Positions 15,084 to 26,900 of a DNA stretch of 64,000 nucleotides are shown in pieces; position 1 is the stretch's first letter; every line of letters starts with the position of its first letter. The DNA lies in the NCBI RefSeq assembly GCF_009914755.1, contig NC_060948.1; one strand, 5' to 3'. The notes below the pieces were generated by a model. The model was not told the DNA's origin and made no database searches. It saw nothing but the letters and a program-made list of their open reading frames with translations. Origin of the DNA: the human T2T-CHM13v2.0 reference genome, Homo sapiens. A program made the position numbers and the translations under genes.

Positions 15084-16151
15084 TTGAGAGTTCATCTTGA
15101 CTTTTATTACATACTAGACATATGAACTAACCAGAAATGTGAATGATTCTCTCTACTATTAAAATCGCAGGAAATATATTTCCACCTCCCCATTTTTTTC
15201 TGATATTGCAGTAGCATTTCAGATTTTGGGGATTAGTTCAGGGCAAAGTAGAATTCATGGAAGGCAGTGCATAAATAATTATGAAGCTACTTTTCTGAAA
15301 CTAGTAGTGACTTACTTCATAATAATCACAAGGGTGTGCAGCATTCACAATGCTGCCACTAATCAACTACATATTTTGAACATCTACTGTTACTGGATAC
15401 CAAAGAAAGTGAGATACTTAAGAATCTTCCAGTCTTGTTATAAGCTTCCTATGATCCACTAACTTCTCAAAGGCTTTACAAAGTGCAAAAGTCCTTGCTT
15501 TTTGGAATTTTTTTTTGTGCACCCAGGATGTATAAATGCAACCCTTTTTGCTTCTTGTGCAGGTGTGTGCTTTAACAATCAGTGCTGCTTTTGGCATCAA
15601 TGTAGTATGAGCTATTAAGAGCTTCTAAAAATACTGACCTAAATAGTCAGTTGCCTTCACCCTGTATACTATTCAGGCAAGTCTTCAGAAAGTATAGTGT
15701 TGTATTGCTAGTCCAAAATAAGGTAGGCATGAATATACTCAATCTTGTTTGCACATGCAGCAAAGAATAATTTAAATTTTTGCCCTTAAGGAGTTTTGTG
15801 TTAGGCAGGAGGAAAAACATATTCAACTTCAATTTTGAGGTTGGTAATCAACAGGAAAGAGAAAAATACAAGGCAGTCTAGGATCTAACCTCTGTCTACG
15901 TTTCTAGGCCTATGTCTTAATACTCTTGAAGTGGCACAAGATAGGTTATTTCTAGTTCTTAACAGGTGACTGTTCTTTTGCACAATGTTCTCAAGTTCAG
16001 CTTAAGCAATGCTCCTCTGGAAGTTCACACCCTAACTGAACAGTCACCTTTTTTGTTTTCTTCTGGAATCCTGGTATTATCTGAATAATAAAGGCCATCA
16101 CATTGTACTTTGTAATATATACTTCATCTCTTTCACCTGTGCTCTATGTAT

Positions 16152-16503
16152 TGTCACATGTGTCCGTGTGAAGAGACCACCAAACAGGCTTTGTATGAGC
16201 AATAAAGCTTTTTAATCACCTGGGGGTAGGTGGGCTGTGTCTGAGAAGAGAGTGAGCAAAGGGAGATGGGGTGGGGCCTTTTATAGGATTAAGGTAGGTA
16301 GTGGAAAATTACAGTCAAAGGAGGTTGTTCTCTGGTGGCCACAAGGTGCTCAGTGGGAGAGCTTCTGAGCCAGGAGAAGGAATTTCACAAGGTAATGTCA
16401 TCAGTTAAGGCAGGAACCAGTCATTTTCACTTCTTTTGTGATTCTTCAGTTGCTTCATGCCATCTGGATGTATACCTGCTGGCTTGGGCTCAGAGGCCTG
16501 ACA
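16152..16503 (-). mobile_element. HERV-H 3' LTR (LTR7 family)
   Basis: tgtca..gcctgaca bounds; preceded on minus strand by PPT aagaagacaggaa. Confidence 0.93.
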
Positions 16504-17874
16504 TTCCTGTCTTCTTATATTAATAAGGAAAATAAAACAAAATAGTGGTAAAGTGTTGGGTTCGTGAAAAATTTTGTGGGTGATATGGAAAGATAATGGG
16601 CAATTTTCTCAGGGCTTCTTTGAGCAAGATTATGGGTCACATGGGAAACTAGAGTGGGAGAGATTAAGCTGAAGGAAGATTTTGTGGTAAGCAGTGATAT
16701 TTTGGGATTGTTAGAAGGAGTATTTGTCATATAAAATGATTGGTAAAGGCCTAGATATGGCTTTGTAAGAATTGAGAAACTAAATGGAAGACACAAGGTC
16801 CAAATAAGAGAAGTAGAAAAAGAGGTATTCAAGGACTAAGAATTGTGAGGACCCAGTACATCAAATTAGAGAGTGCCCAAGGGGATTCAGTTTGGGTGGT
16901 GAGTTTTTTGGCTCTATACTTGACAGAGCCCTCCTGTTTCAGTTGGATGCTGAGCTCGGTGAGGTGTATTTTTAAAAGACCATTAGTCTGTTCTACCTTT
17001 CCTGAAGATTGAGGATTGTAAGGGGTATGAAGTTTCCACTGAATACCAAGAGCCTGAGAAACTACTTGGGTGATTTGGCTAATAAAGGCCTGTCTGTTAT
17101 TGGGCTATACAGAGGTGGGAAGGCCAAGCCGAGGAATTGTGTCTGACAGAAGGGAAGAAATGACTGAAGTGGCCTTGTCTGACTGTATGGGAAAAGCCTC
17201 TACATATCCAGTGAAAGTGTATGCCTAGACCAGGAGGTATTTTAGTTTCCTGTCTCAGGGCATGTGAGCAAAGTCAATTTGCAAGTCCTGGACAGGGGCA
17301 AATCCTCATGCTTGATATGTAGGGAAGGGAGAGAGTCTGATAAATTCCTGAGGAGTAGTAGAATAGCATATGAAACACTGAGAAGTGATATTTTGAGGAT
17401 AGATTTCCATGATGGAAAGGAAATGAGAGGTTTTAAGAGGCAGGCTAGCAGCTTGTAACCTACAAGGAAGAGGTTATGAAATGATGACAGAATAGAATTG
17501 GCCTGTGAGGCTGGAAGGATATATTTTCCTTGGTCCAAAACTATTTGCCTTGTGTGGGAAGAGATTGATAGTTGGAAGTTTCAGGTGGGAAGTAGTTGGG
17601 AGTGACTGATGAGAAGGAGAAAAACTGACCATGAGGGACAGAAGTTGGAATGCTAACCGCTTCTTTAGCTACCATATCAGCATAAGAATTGCCCTGAGAG
17701 ATGGGATCTGGGGCCTTTTGGTGGCCCCTGTGGTGAATGACTCCAGCTTCCCTTGGAAGTAAAGCAGCCTTGAGAAGCCTTCTTATTAAAGAGGCATTAA
17801 TGATGGAGGACACTTGTGTAGTGAGCAAACCTCTTTCAGCCCATATAACAGCATGGTGGTGTTTTGGCACCAAA
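16504..17874 (-). mobile_element. Heavily deleted HERV-H internal: PBS stub, RNase H end, partial integrase, env tail
   Basis: HHHAVIWAERGLLTT..HRGHQK (17541-17873); DQGKYILPASQA..SFHNLF (17242-17538); env TM tail 16515-16890. Confidence 0.9.
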
Positions 17875-18240
17875 TGTCATGCACGTCTGTGTAAAGAGAC
17901 CACCAAACAGGATTTGTGTGAGCAACAAGGCTGTTTATTTCACCTGGATGCAGGTGGGCTGTGTACAAAAGAGAGTCAGTGAAGAGAGATAGCAGTGTGG
18001 CTGCTTTATAGGATTTGGGTAGGTATTGAAAAATTGTAGTCAAAGGGGGTTGTTCTAAGTGGGCAGGGGCAGGGATCACAAGGTTCTCACTAGGGGAGCT
18101 TCTGAGACAGGGGAAGGAATTTCACAAGGTAATGTCATCAGATAAGACAGGGACCAGCCATTTTCACTTCTTTTGTGATTCTTTAGTTACTTTAGGCCAT
18201 CTGGATGTATATGTGAAGTCATGGGCTCAGATGCCTGACA
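17875..18240 (-). mobile_element. HERV-H 5' LTR (LTR7 family)
   Basis: tgtcatg..gcctgaca bounds; followed on minus strand by TTTGGTGCCAAAAC. Confidence 0.93.
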
Positions 18241-18962
18241 CTAAGTTCTCCCAATTCTTAGTCCTTTAACACTTCTTTTTCTCCTTCTCTTATTTGGACC
18301 TTATGTCTTCTGTTTAGTTTCTCAATTCATACAAGATAGCATCAAGGCCATCCCCAATCATTCTATATGACAAATGCTCCTTCTAACAACCCCACAATAT
18401 TGCCCCTTAACAAAAAATCTTCCTTCAGGTTAATCTCTCCCACTCTAGGTTCACATGCCACCCCTAATCCCACTTGAAGCAGCTGTGAGAAACCCTGCCC
18501 GTTATCTTTCTGTAAGACCCTGTAAAATTTTTGCTGCTCCAACACTTCAACACTATTTTGTTTTAGTCTTCATATTAATATAAGGAGACAGGAATATCAG
18601 ACCTCTGATCCCAAGCCTGCATGTATACATCCAGATGGTGTGAAGCAACTGAAGAATCATAAAAGAAGTGAAGTTGGCCAGTTCCTGCCTTAACTGGTGA
18701 CATTACCTTGAGAAATTCCTTCTCCTGACTCCGAAGCTCCGCCACTGAGCACGTTATGACCCCCCATCCCTGCCCATGAGAGAAAAACACCCTTTGACTG
18801 TAATTTTCCACTACCTACCCAAATTCTATAAAATGGCCCCGCCCCTATCTCCCTTTGCTGACTCTTTTTTTGGACTCAGTCCACCTGCATCCAGGTGATT
18901 AAAAAGATTTATTGCTCACACAAAGCCTGTTTGGTGGTCTCTTCACACGGAAACACATGACA
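18241..18962 (+). mobile_element. Second HERV-H 3' end: env tail, PPT and 3' LTR (18595-18962)
   Basis: Inverted homologue of 16152-16856; aaggagacaggaa PPT; LTR ends catgaca. Confidence 0.93.
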
Positions 18963-20574
18963 TGAGTTACTACGGGGAAGAATCTGTGTGCCTATCTTCC
19001 TGTTTTCAGTGATGATATGCTGAAAGAATGGTGTAGGAATATAAATATTCCGTTTATCAGTGCTAAGTCTTTTTCACAAAACAAGGCAGAGATCTACTCA
19101 TTTTTGCTCTCTAAACTTGGAAAAGTTAATTTATCCAAATCTTTATTTTTTCCTAACTAGACTGTTCATCTTATTACTAAGATGAAGGAATGTATTGCAA
19201 GTTACATGTTACTATCATTCCCAGTATGAAAGAGCTACTTTGAATTTGAACATGTAAGAGCATTCAACATAGTGCCTGGCACAGTAGAACAGGGCATTAA
19301 CAGGACACTGGACTTGATCCTCAAATTATTTAAGCTGATTGATTAACTGCAAACAATCTAATTAATATTATCTACTATTACTCCTATATATCTATTTTTA
19401 GCTAAGATTTAGGTCCTTCTTAGCATTGAAATTTTAACTGAATTTCAGTTGAACCTTAAGAAATGTTAACCATGACCTTAAAATAACTGCTGTATTCTAA
19501 AATTTGAAGTGATATTCCCAATATTCCTCTTGCCTAGATTAAAAATTGTTGAAGGTCTTCTTTCACTATCAAAGTTCAAAGATACACCACAGCATACAAA
19601 TCAATATATTTAAAAACTATTTATCACGTCCAAAGTAATAAAAGAGATCCCAGTTCAAGTTGACAAAACACAAACTGGATTTAAAGTACTGTATTAAAAA
19701 AGAAAACAAAATGAAAATAAGTTTGTTTAGGGCAATTAAAATAAATATTTCATTTTTAAAGCCATGACACTAAAAAGAATGAAAAACACCTGTAGGATAG
19801 TTTTTTTATATATTTTTTTCATTCTAAGGATCTTGTGCTTTTCAGAGAAAGATAGCTTTCTCGTAAAAGTTCATGCACAAAACACTTACCTATACCTGAC
19901 AAGAGGTTTCAGAGCCTAATCTGCCATTTGGTGAGTCTAAATCCACTAATGTTACATATCAACAATTTCCCACTACTTCTTTTAAGTTATGTCTCATTTA
20001 CCTTCCTCCTTAAGAACTTCATAAGCTTGTTTTAAATATTTTATATACTTGTCATAAACTAGAGTTTGCTAAGAGTACCGGTACTCTGGTTAATGATCAA
20101 AATGGTGTGCCCAGAGGAAAAGCAAGCACTCTTAAATATGAATGCAATCCTTATTAACACAAACTGAGACATTTTAATAAAATGTTAGCCCAAAAAACAT
20201 CTCATTCTATAAAGATTAAACCATTTCCAAATCACAGTGAAAGGAACTTGAGTAATGAACAAATTTTGTTAACTATGTGCCTTAGAGACATCTCACTAAA
20301 ATTTGGGTATCTGACACAATAGAATAACATTTGCAGAAAGTAATATTGTAGGTACAGTACTCAGATTGATTGTTACAGACTATTAAATGGTTACATCTTA
20401 ATTATTTATACAGAACATTGGTCCAATAACATAAAAACAGAGAAAAGCATCTAGAAATTTATCTCTTTCAATGTTTGGAGATAAAACAGTTAACCATCTT
20501 TTCCATTATTTTCTGCAGTAAGTCCTTGTACACAATGAAAGTTGATGGCAATTAAATTCAGGAATTTTCCCCAG

Positions 20575-20793
20575 CTACTGTATGAAGAGAATGTTGAAGC
20601 CCATTACTATACAGCACACTGCAACATAAGGAATCTTCCATTCACCAATTCTGACACACTTCCAAAATATACCCAACAATTCAGTTTCATTTCTGTCCAT
20701 GAGGCTGGGTGCCAAGGATTGAATATAAACACAGGTACATATAAGCAGCAAGATTATGGTCAATAGACTCTGAAAATTGAAAATAGCAGACAT
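20575..20793 (-). CDS. TMEM167A: Uninterrupted 72-aa kish-A/TMEM167A-like ORF (retrocopy; function unproven)
   Basis: [62 protein letters not shown]; ATG and TAG intact. Confidence 0.85.
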   Translation of the reverse strand: MSAIFNFQSLLTIILLLICTCVYIQSLAPSLMDRNETELLGIFWKCVRIGEWKIPYVAVCCIVMGFNILFIQ

Positions 20794-21981
20794 AGCAAGG
20801 ATGGCAATGCCACAGCCACGTCACCCTTCCGGGCCCCAGGTGGCTTAAAAACCTTTTAAATATACACGCACATACACATACACATACATATACATAAAAA
20901 CACAAACATTCCATAGTATTACTTCAGTACTTTGAACATGAGATAATAAAAAACTCCCCAGCTTGCAAATTACAAAAATTCTGTTAGCACTAAATTGTGG
21001 TTTTTATATTAGTAGAAAAGCAAGAGCAGATTAAAAGCTGGCAGAAAATGAAATAAAACAAAAAAAAGAGAGAATATGAATTCTGTAGTTTGCAAGTCAA
21101 TCATAGGGCTGTTTTTCCTTAATGTAAATGTGCATAAAAACCATATTACTTCTATTTTACATATACTATAGCAAGCTGTGGTGCCACAAACCTACAGAGT
21201 GCTTGAAAAAAGATTATTCTCTTTGTTTTTGTCTTTTTCATAGATTATTTGTTTTACACATTTATTTCTTTCTTCAAAGGGGGCACTGAGCTGCGCCCTA
21301 GTGTTTCTGTGTGGTGGACTGATATGCTGCTTGTAGGCAGGACTTCACAGTGTGTCACCACTGATTCATTTCACCTGCTTACACACATCCCATGAAAAGT
21401 CTATAACCTTTGAGAGGGCTCAAGACACTAGGTGATCAGCCCTTATACTCATTTTCTGGATGAACCATTTGTACAACAAAATTTTTTGGGGGATTACTTT
21501 GTGTGACTGCTGCACATCATGGGAGATCAACCACCCAGCCAGTCCCATGAAGTCTCCTGTCACTCAGGGGTGTCTTTCAGCTGGGAGGCACAAATGCCCT
21601 TTTCCTTTGGAGCTGAGAAATCTCAGACTCTGCTTCACCTACGTAAACAGCAGTCCATTTCCTCACGCAAATGTGCACAAACTGAATTAAGATTAATTCT
21701 GGGGAAAAAAAAGAGAGAAAACACTTTAAAATGCATCTCTGAACTAGAATTAGAACCCTAAAACAACAGCTTTCTAGGAGAAAACCCAGCTTGAATAAAT
21801 CCAGAACTGTCAACCAAAACAGAGATCTCGGGCCCAGGAGGACTTACCATCTCCACTGGAGGAGAAGCTTGAAGTTGCATAGGCTCTAATGGGTCCTGCA
21901 GGTGCCTTAGCTCTAAGTTTGGGTAACTCCTTTGGGGTTCTAAGTCTTCTCTGAGGCCCCACATATTGAGGCACAAAATTA

Positions 21982-22116
21982 TATTCAATGAAAAGTGTCA
22001 AACTGTAAAATATTTTGAAGAGATTTATTCTGAGCCAAATATGACTGACCATGGCCCATGATGCACCCTCCAGCAGACACTGAGAACATGTTCACAAGGT
22101 GGTCTGGATGGCGCTG

Positions 22117-22148
<32 letters not shown>

Positions 22149-22771
22149 TATTTTAGGGAGGCTTGAGACATCAATCAAATATATTTCAGAAATACATCGG
22201 TTTGGTCCAGCAAGGTGGGACAAGACAACTCGCGGGAGAAGTAGCTTCAAGTTTATACACTAATTTAAACATATTCTGGTTGACAATTGAATGAGTTTGT
22301 CTAAAGACCTGGGATTGATAAAAAGGAAATATTCAAGCTAAGCTAAAACATTGTGGAGACCAATGTTCTTTTGAAGTTTTATAGGGGCTGCCTTTAGAAA
22401 AATGACAAATGCTTCCTATTAAGGCCTTTAAAATGTGCTAAACTATTAGTTTAACTCTTCAGGATTGGCAGGGCCTGAAGAAAAAGATCTAGCCATGTTA
22501 ATAGGGATTCTTTTCAGACACAAACTTGTCCCCACAAAGGACAGCTTTGCAAGACCATTTCAAAATACTGGAAATACACGTTTTGACATAAAATAGTTTG
22601 ACTTCCTTTTCATTACATAATGTTATCCCAGAATTGGATTGGAAAGTAAGACACAGTATATAGGGTTAAATAAAATCCATCTGTTTAGAATTTATGGTTT
22701 GTAGGAGATGGCTACCCAGACCCCTTAGACAGGAATTTAGGCAAATTTTAAAAATCAGATCTTAGTCTTCG
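21982..22771 (-). mobile_element. MER4 (MER4D/E-like) 5' LTR
   Basis: gagatttattctgagccaaatatga signature; reverse complement starts cgaagactaagatctgattttt; internal T-tract 22118-22147. Confidence 0.85.
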
Positions 22772-22789
22772 CATTTGGCAGAAAATATT

Positions 22790-23045
22790 ATGCTATATTA
22801 TATTTTTCTTATTAGATGTCATTTGCTACTTTGGCAAAGTATTGTTTTCTGAGTGTTTTTATTCTGAAATGTGTTGTATTTTGCAAAATGAGATATTTTC
22901 TGTCTATTGAGCTGATCCTGTGACTTTTGTCTAGTATTCTATTGATGTGATATATTCCATTGATTTTTATATGTTGAATCCATTCTTGTTGCTGGAATAA
23001 ATCTTAGTTCATTGCTGTGTATTATCCTTTTAATATGTTGGTGGG
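22790..23045 (-). mobile_element. Old L1M ORF2 fragment
   Basis: ttttctgtctattgag..attgatttttatatgttgaatcca resembles antisense ORF2 RT region. Confidence 0.65.
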
Positions 23046-23100
23046 TTTGGAGAGAAGGGGGAGAGATGGGAGAGAGAGAGGGGGAAGAGCAAGTAAGAAG

Positions 23101-23279
23101 AATTCCTCCTCTTACTTTCAGGAATGTCCTTCTCTCTGTGGATTATCTGTTCTTTTACCACTTTACTTTCCTAAGAAATTTGGTCTTACTTTGCACTGCG
23201 GATTCACTATGATCTATTTCTTGATCAAGATCCAAGAACCCTCACTTGGGGTCTGGATTGGCACCCCATTTCTGAAACA
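23101..23279 (+). mobile_element. MER41(C) 5' LTR, only the 3' ~180 bp remain
   Basis: Matches 32420-32594; gatccaagaaccctcacttggggtctgga; followed by Arg-type PBS. Confidence 0.85.
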
Positions 23280-23640
23280 TATTTCTGGTGACTACAGAAG
23301 GGACTCTGGTGCACAAACTCTGACCTAATTGCTACCTTTGGATAGGTGTTGGGGTCTTGTAACATATTTCTGGAGACCACAGAAGGGACTATAGTGCGAA
23401 AACTACCGACTTTGGGTAAGTGGTGGGGTCCTATAATGTATTTCTGGTGAACCAGGGATGACACTGAAGAGACTACCTGACCCAAAGGAAAATCATCTGT
23501 GTGCAACAATTGGCTGACTTTGGGTAAGTGGAGTGCATATATCTTGGTAAAGAATGGGATTGGATTAGAGGCCCAACTCATGGGAGCTACAGTATCCTAA
23601 GATAGAGTAGGTTAGAGGTCCTTCTTAATAAAAGGCAAGA

Positions 23641-23964
<324 letters not shown>

Positions 23965-26900
23965 TCAAAGACCCTTGACTGATCTTGGGTTAGAGGCCTG
24001 ATTTAGAAGGGTTAAAGTTTCTTCTAAGATTTATGTGGTTAGAGACCGCTCTGAGTAAAGTTACCTTTGGCTAACAATGGGTTTGGCACACACCACAAGC
24101 TATGCTGGTTGTATTAATCAGCTTTATCTTATTTACTCAATGAATACATTTCTTGGTTGCTGTCTCTCTTTCACTGTCATTTTCAGGAGACTCTTTAACT
24201 GGTCTTAGGGCTTTTAACTTACTCTTTCCCTGTGCGCATCTCAATTTTCATCTATTTGCTTATAAAAGACTGGGAACAAAAAGCATTGAAGCTATTGTCT
24301 CTAAAATTGTTGATTTAGATTCGGTGTTTAACGGCTATAAGAAATAGGTTTAAGTAGATATGGTTATGTTTTGTTGCCACCTTTCAGACCATCAAGAACA
24401 ACTAGGATGGAAATAAGGGGTCTTTTCTCCTTGATGTTTTGTTTCATTTTGCACACTAAAAAAAACACTACTTTCTTGAACTTCAGCAAACCAGCTTTGT
24501 TTGTCTGCTATTGCTCAGGGCCTGCTTGCTCTGGTCATTCCCATCTAAATCCTCTTTATCTCCTTTGCTTTAATTTGATATTTCTGTGGAAGTCCATGTT
24601 GTGATTTACCTAAGATTCATGGCTTGTTTCACTTACATTATTTGGATAATGTGAATAAGAGAATTCAATTTTCAGCAGGGATCCCCTCATTAATGCAGCT
24701 GGTCTTAAAAACCTCTCATTATTTTTAGTGGCCAAGCTTGAATGCTGAGACTAGTTTAAGCTGAACGGGCTTAAAAGGAGAAAACTGGTGTTTCTATGTA
24801 ATACCATTTGGTCTCTGTATTATTCCAAAAAACAAGAGAAATAGCCTTTTACTGGAACTACAGCTATAATAGTATACTTCAACTCAATTTAATTTGTAAG
24901 TGGGAGATAAAAATACTATATGTTCAAGCATTTTTTTGCTGCTCAGTCAGGATAAAACTCTGCATGTTTGATGAGAGAAAAATAGGAAAAAGAGCTAAAC
25001 ATACTAGATGACCCTTTAATGCAAACCCTCTCCTTCTGGTTCAGTGGGCATTTTTGGGTGGAGCAGAGCTTCCTTCTGTCAGCTCGAATGTTCAGGTGTA
25101 TTGGCCCTTTCCCTCTCTAGTCCACTTGAAAGTTCTATAGGGACCACTTAATCTATTCCAGTCCCCCTCTATGCCTACCATGCCCTGAGGAACTTAGGCC
25201 AGCAAGTACTACTTATAGTGGAGCCTCCTGTTTACCTTTAAAGTGAAATCTTTGTCCACTCACAGGGGTGGCAAATGGGGAAGAAGTCGCTGTGAAAGTG
25301 CATGTTCTCTTTTCTATGTCTGCTTTTGGTCCTACATAAAGAGAAAATCATTTTTTTCTGAAAATCTAGGAAAATTTACAGATAAATTTGGGAAATTCAC
25401 TCTAACCTATAGTTTAACTAGGCAGGATCTGCATGTTTTGTTGTCTGTGTGTTGTACAGTGGAAGAGAAACAATGCATTTTGGGGGTAGATAGGTCCATG
25501 CACATGAAGTATTGGGTTAAAACCAAAATCATAATATATGTCAGGCAGGAGGTATAGCCTTTTGAGATCAAGATTCAGAGAGGAACTATCAAAGGAGCAG
25601 TGAGGACTTGGGGATGAGAGATGATACGGTCAGTTGTTTATTGAGAGGAATGAAGAAATATACAAAAAAGCCTTTTAACTGTGAAAAAGTTAAGGAAGTT
25701 TCTCAGCACAAATGTGAGAATCCAGATTTGTTTCAAGGGCTTTTAATTGAGAAAATCAGGTAATATACTAACACTGATCCTGCCTCAAGGGAAGGACAAA
25801 AGCTTTTTGGAGTGCATTTTGTAACCCAGTCTGCCCCTTACATCCATAGGAAACTACAAAAAGCAACTATGCGTCCTCAAATTCCTATGTAACATCTTTT
25901 GGATATGGCATTTTTAGTTTTTAATAACAGGGAAAAAGCAGAGGAAGCAGAAAGAGCAATAAAGGCCTCCCACAAAGTGCAGCTCAAAGCTGTAACCTTA
26001 AGCTTACTGTCCATATGAGGTTGCCCTCCTGGCTCTTGGCCTGAACAAGTGAAGCTGAAAGTGGGAATTACAAAGCTCAGTGTCCAAGTCACCATGGCTT
26101 AGGCATGAATCAGTGTGCACACTGGAAGAAAACTGGCCATTGGAAGAGAGATACCCAGCATTCCAAAGGGAGCCATTGGCACACAAACCAATGATGACCA
26201 AAATAGTCAGGCAAGCACAAGAGTTATGGGGTCTGAAAACTTCTGTTATAACTCCCATTGGACAACTAGCCATGTCTCCAGAGGAACCTCAGGTAACACT
26301 TGATGTGGCAGGTAAGTTTGTTAACTTCTTTCTGGACTGCTGACTCAGTTTTCATTCATTGTAATGGACCTCTGTCACCCAAAATTGTATGGTCATGGAG
26401 ATAGATGGCCAAACCTATAGAAGCAATTTTACCTATCCTCTAAACTATTCTTATGGACTTTGGTTTTCTCACATTACTTTCTTATTATGTCTGGATGCCA
26501 CAGGGCAGTAGCAGCAACTGTTCTTTTAGTAGATGAAGCCAATGAACTGCTTTTAGGACAATATATGGAGGCTTTAACTTCACACCAAGTATAAGGAGTA
26601 CTGGAAGCTAAAAGACACCAGTGGATGACAGGGGGATGCTTATTGAAATATCAGGCTTTGTTACTAGAAATTCTTGATGAACTGTTAATACCAGGTGACA
26701 ATCAGTGAAAAAAAGTTAAGCATTTGCATGACTGTACTCATTTGGGAAGAAATTCTATGTTTCAATTAACGTCACAGCTTTTTACAGGAAAAGGCTTACT
26801 TAAAAGAGTAAAGCGAGTAACTCAGACTTGTGAACATGTGCACTTTTACCAGTTGGGTTCAGGACTTTCCTAAGCAATCTCAAAAGGAAATAGAGGTTTC

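Larger units (their letters stand above)
15048..20844 (-). pseudogene. TMEM167A: Processed retrocopy of TMEM167A mRNA (short 5'UTR, CDS, long 3'UTR, poly(A)); possibly TMEM167AP1
   Basis: Intronless kish-A ORF; AATAAA on minus strand at 15103-15108; (TAAA)n tail 15048-15085; TSD TTAAAAACCTTTTA 15034-15047 and 20845-20858. Confidence 0.92.
14438..21981 (-). mobile_element. MER4-group ERV internal sequence in two pieces (14438-15047, 20845-21981) split by the retrocopy
   Basis: Continuous across the 14-bp TSD; degenerate Lys-type PBS (~21955-21976) and splice donor G/GTAAGT (21848-21842) next to MER4 LTR. Confidence 0.7.

Noticed and set aside
15226-15832. Short ORFs in apparently unique sequence
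   Set aside because: They lie within the retrocopied 3'UTR and show no recognisable protein motifs
9715-18962. LTR 9715 and LTR 18595 as the two ends of one HERV-H provirus
   Set aside because: Flanks ATACC and TGAGT are not a TSD, U3 structures differ, and the right LTR lies inside the retrocopy nested in a different ERV
22118-22147. T30 tract as a separate retro-insertion
   Set aside because: No TSD or attached body; better explained as slippage of a T-run in the MER4 LTR
23270-23535. CRISPR-like repeat-spacer array
   Set aside because: Primate ERV leader; the 'spacers' are homologous to each other and there are no cas genes
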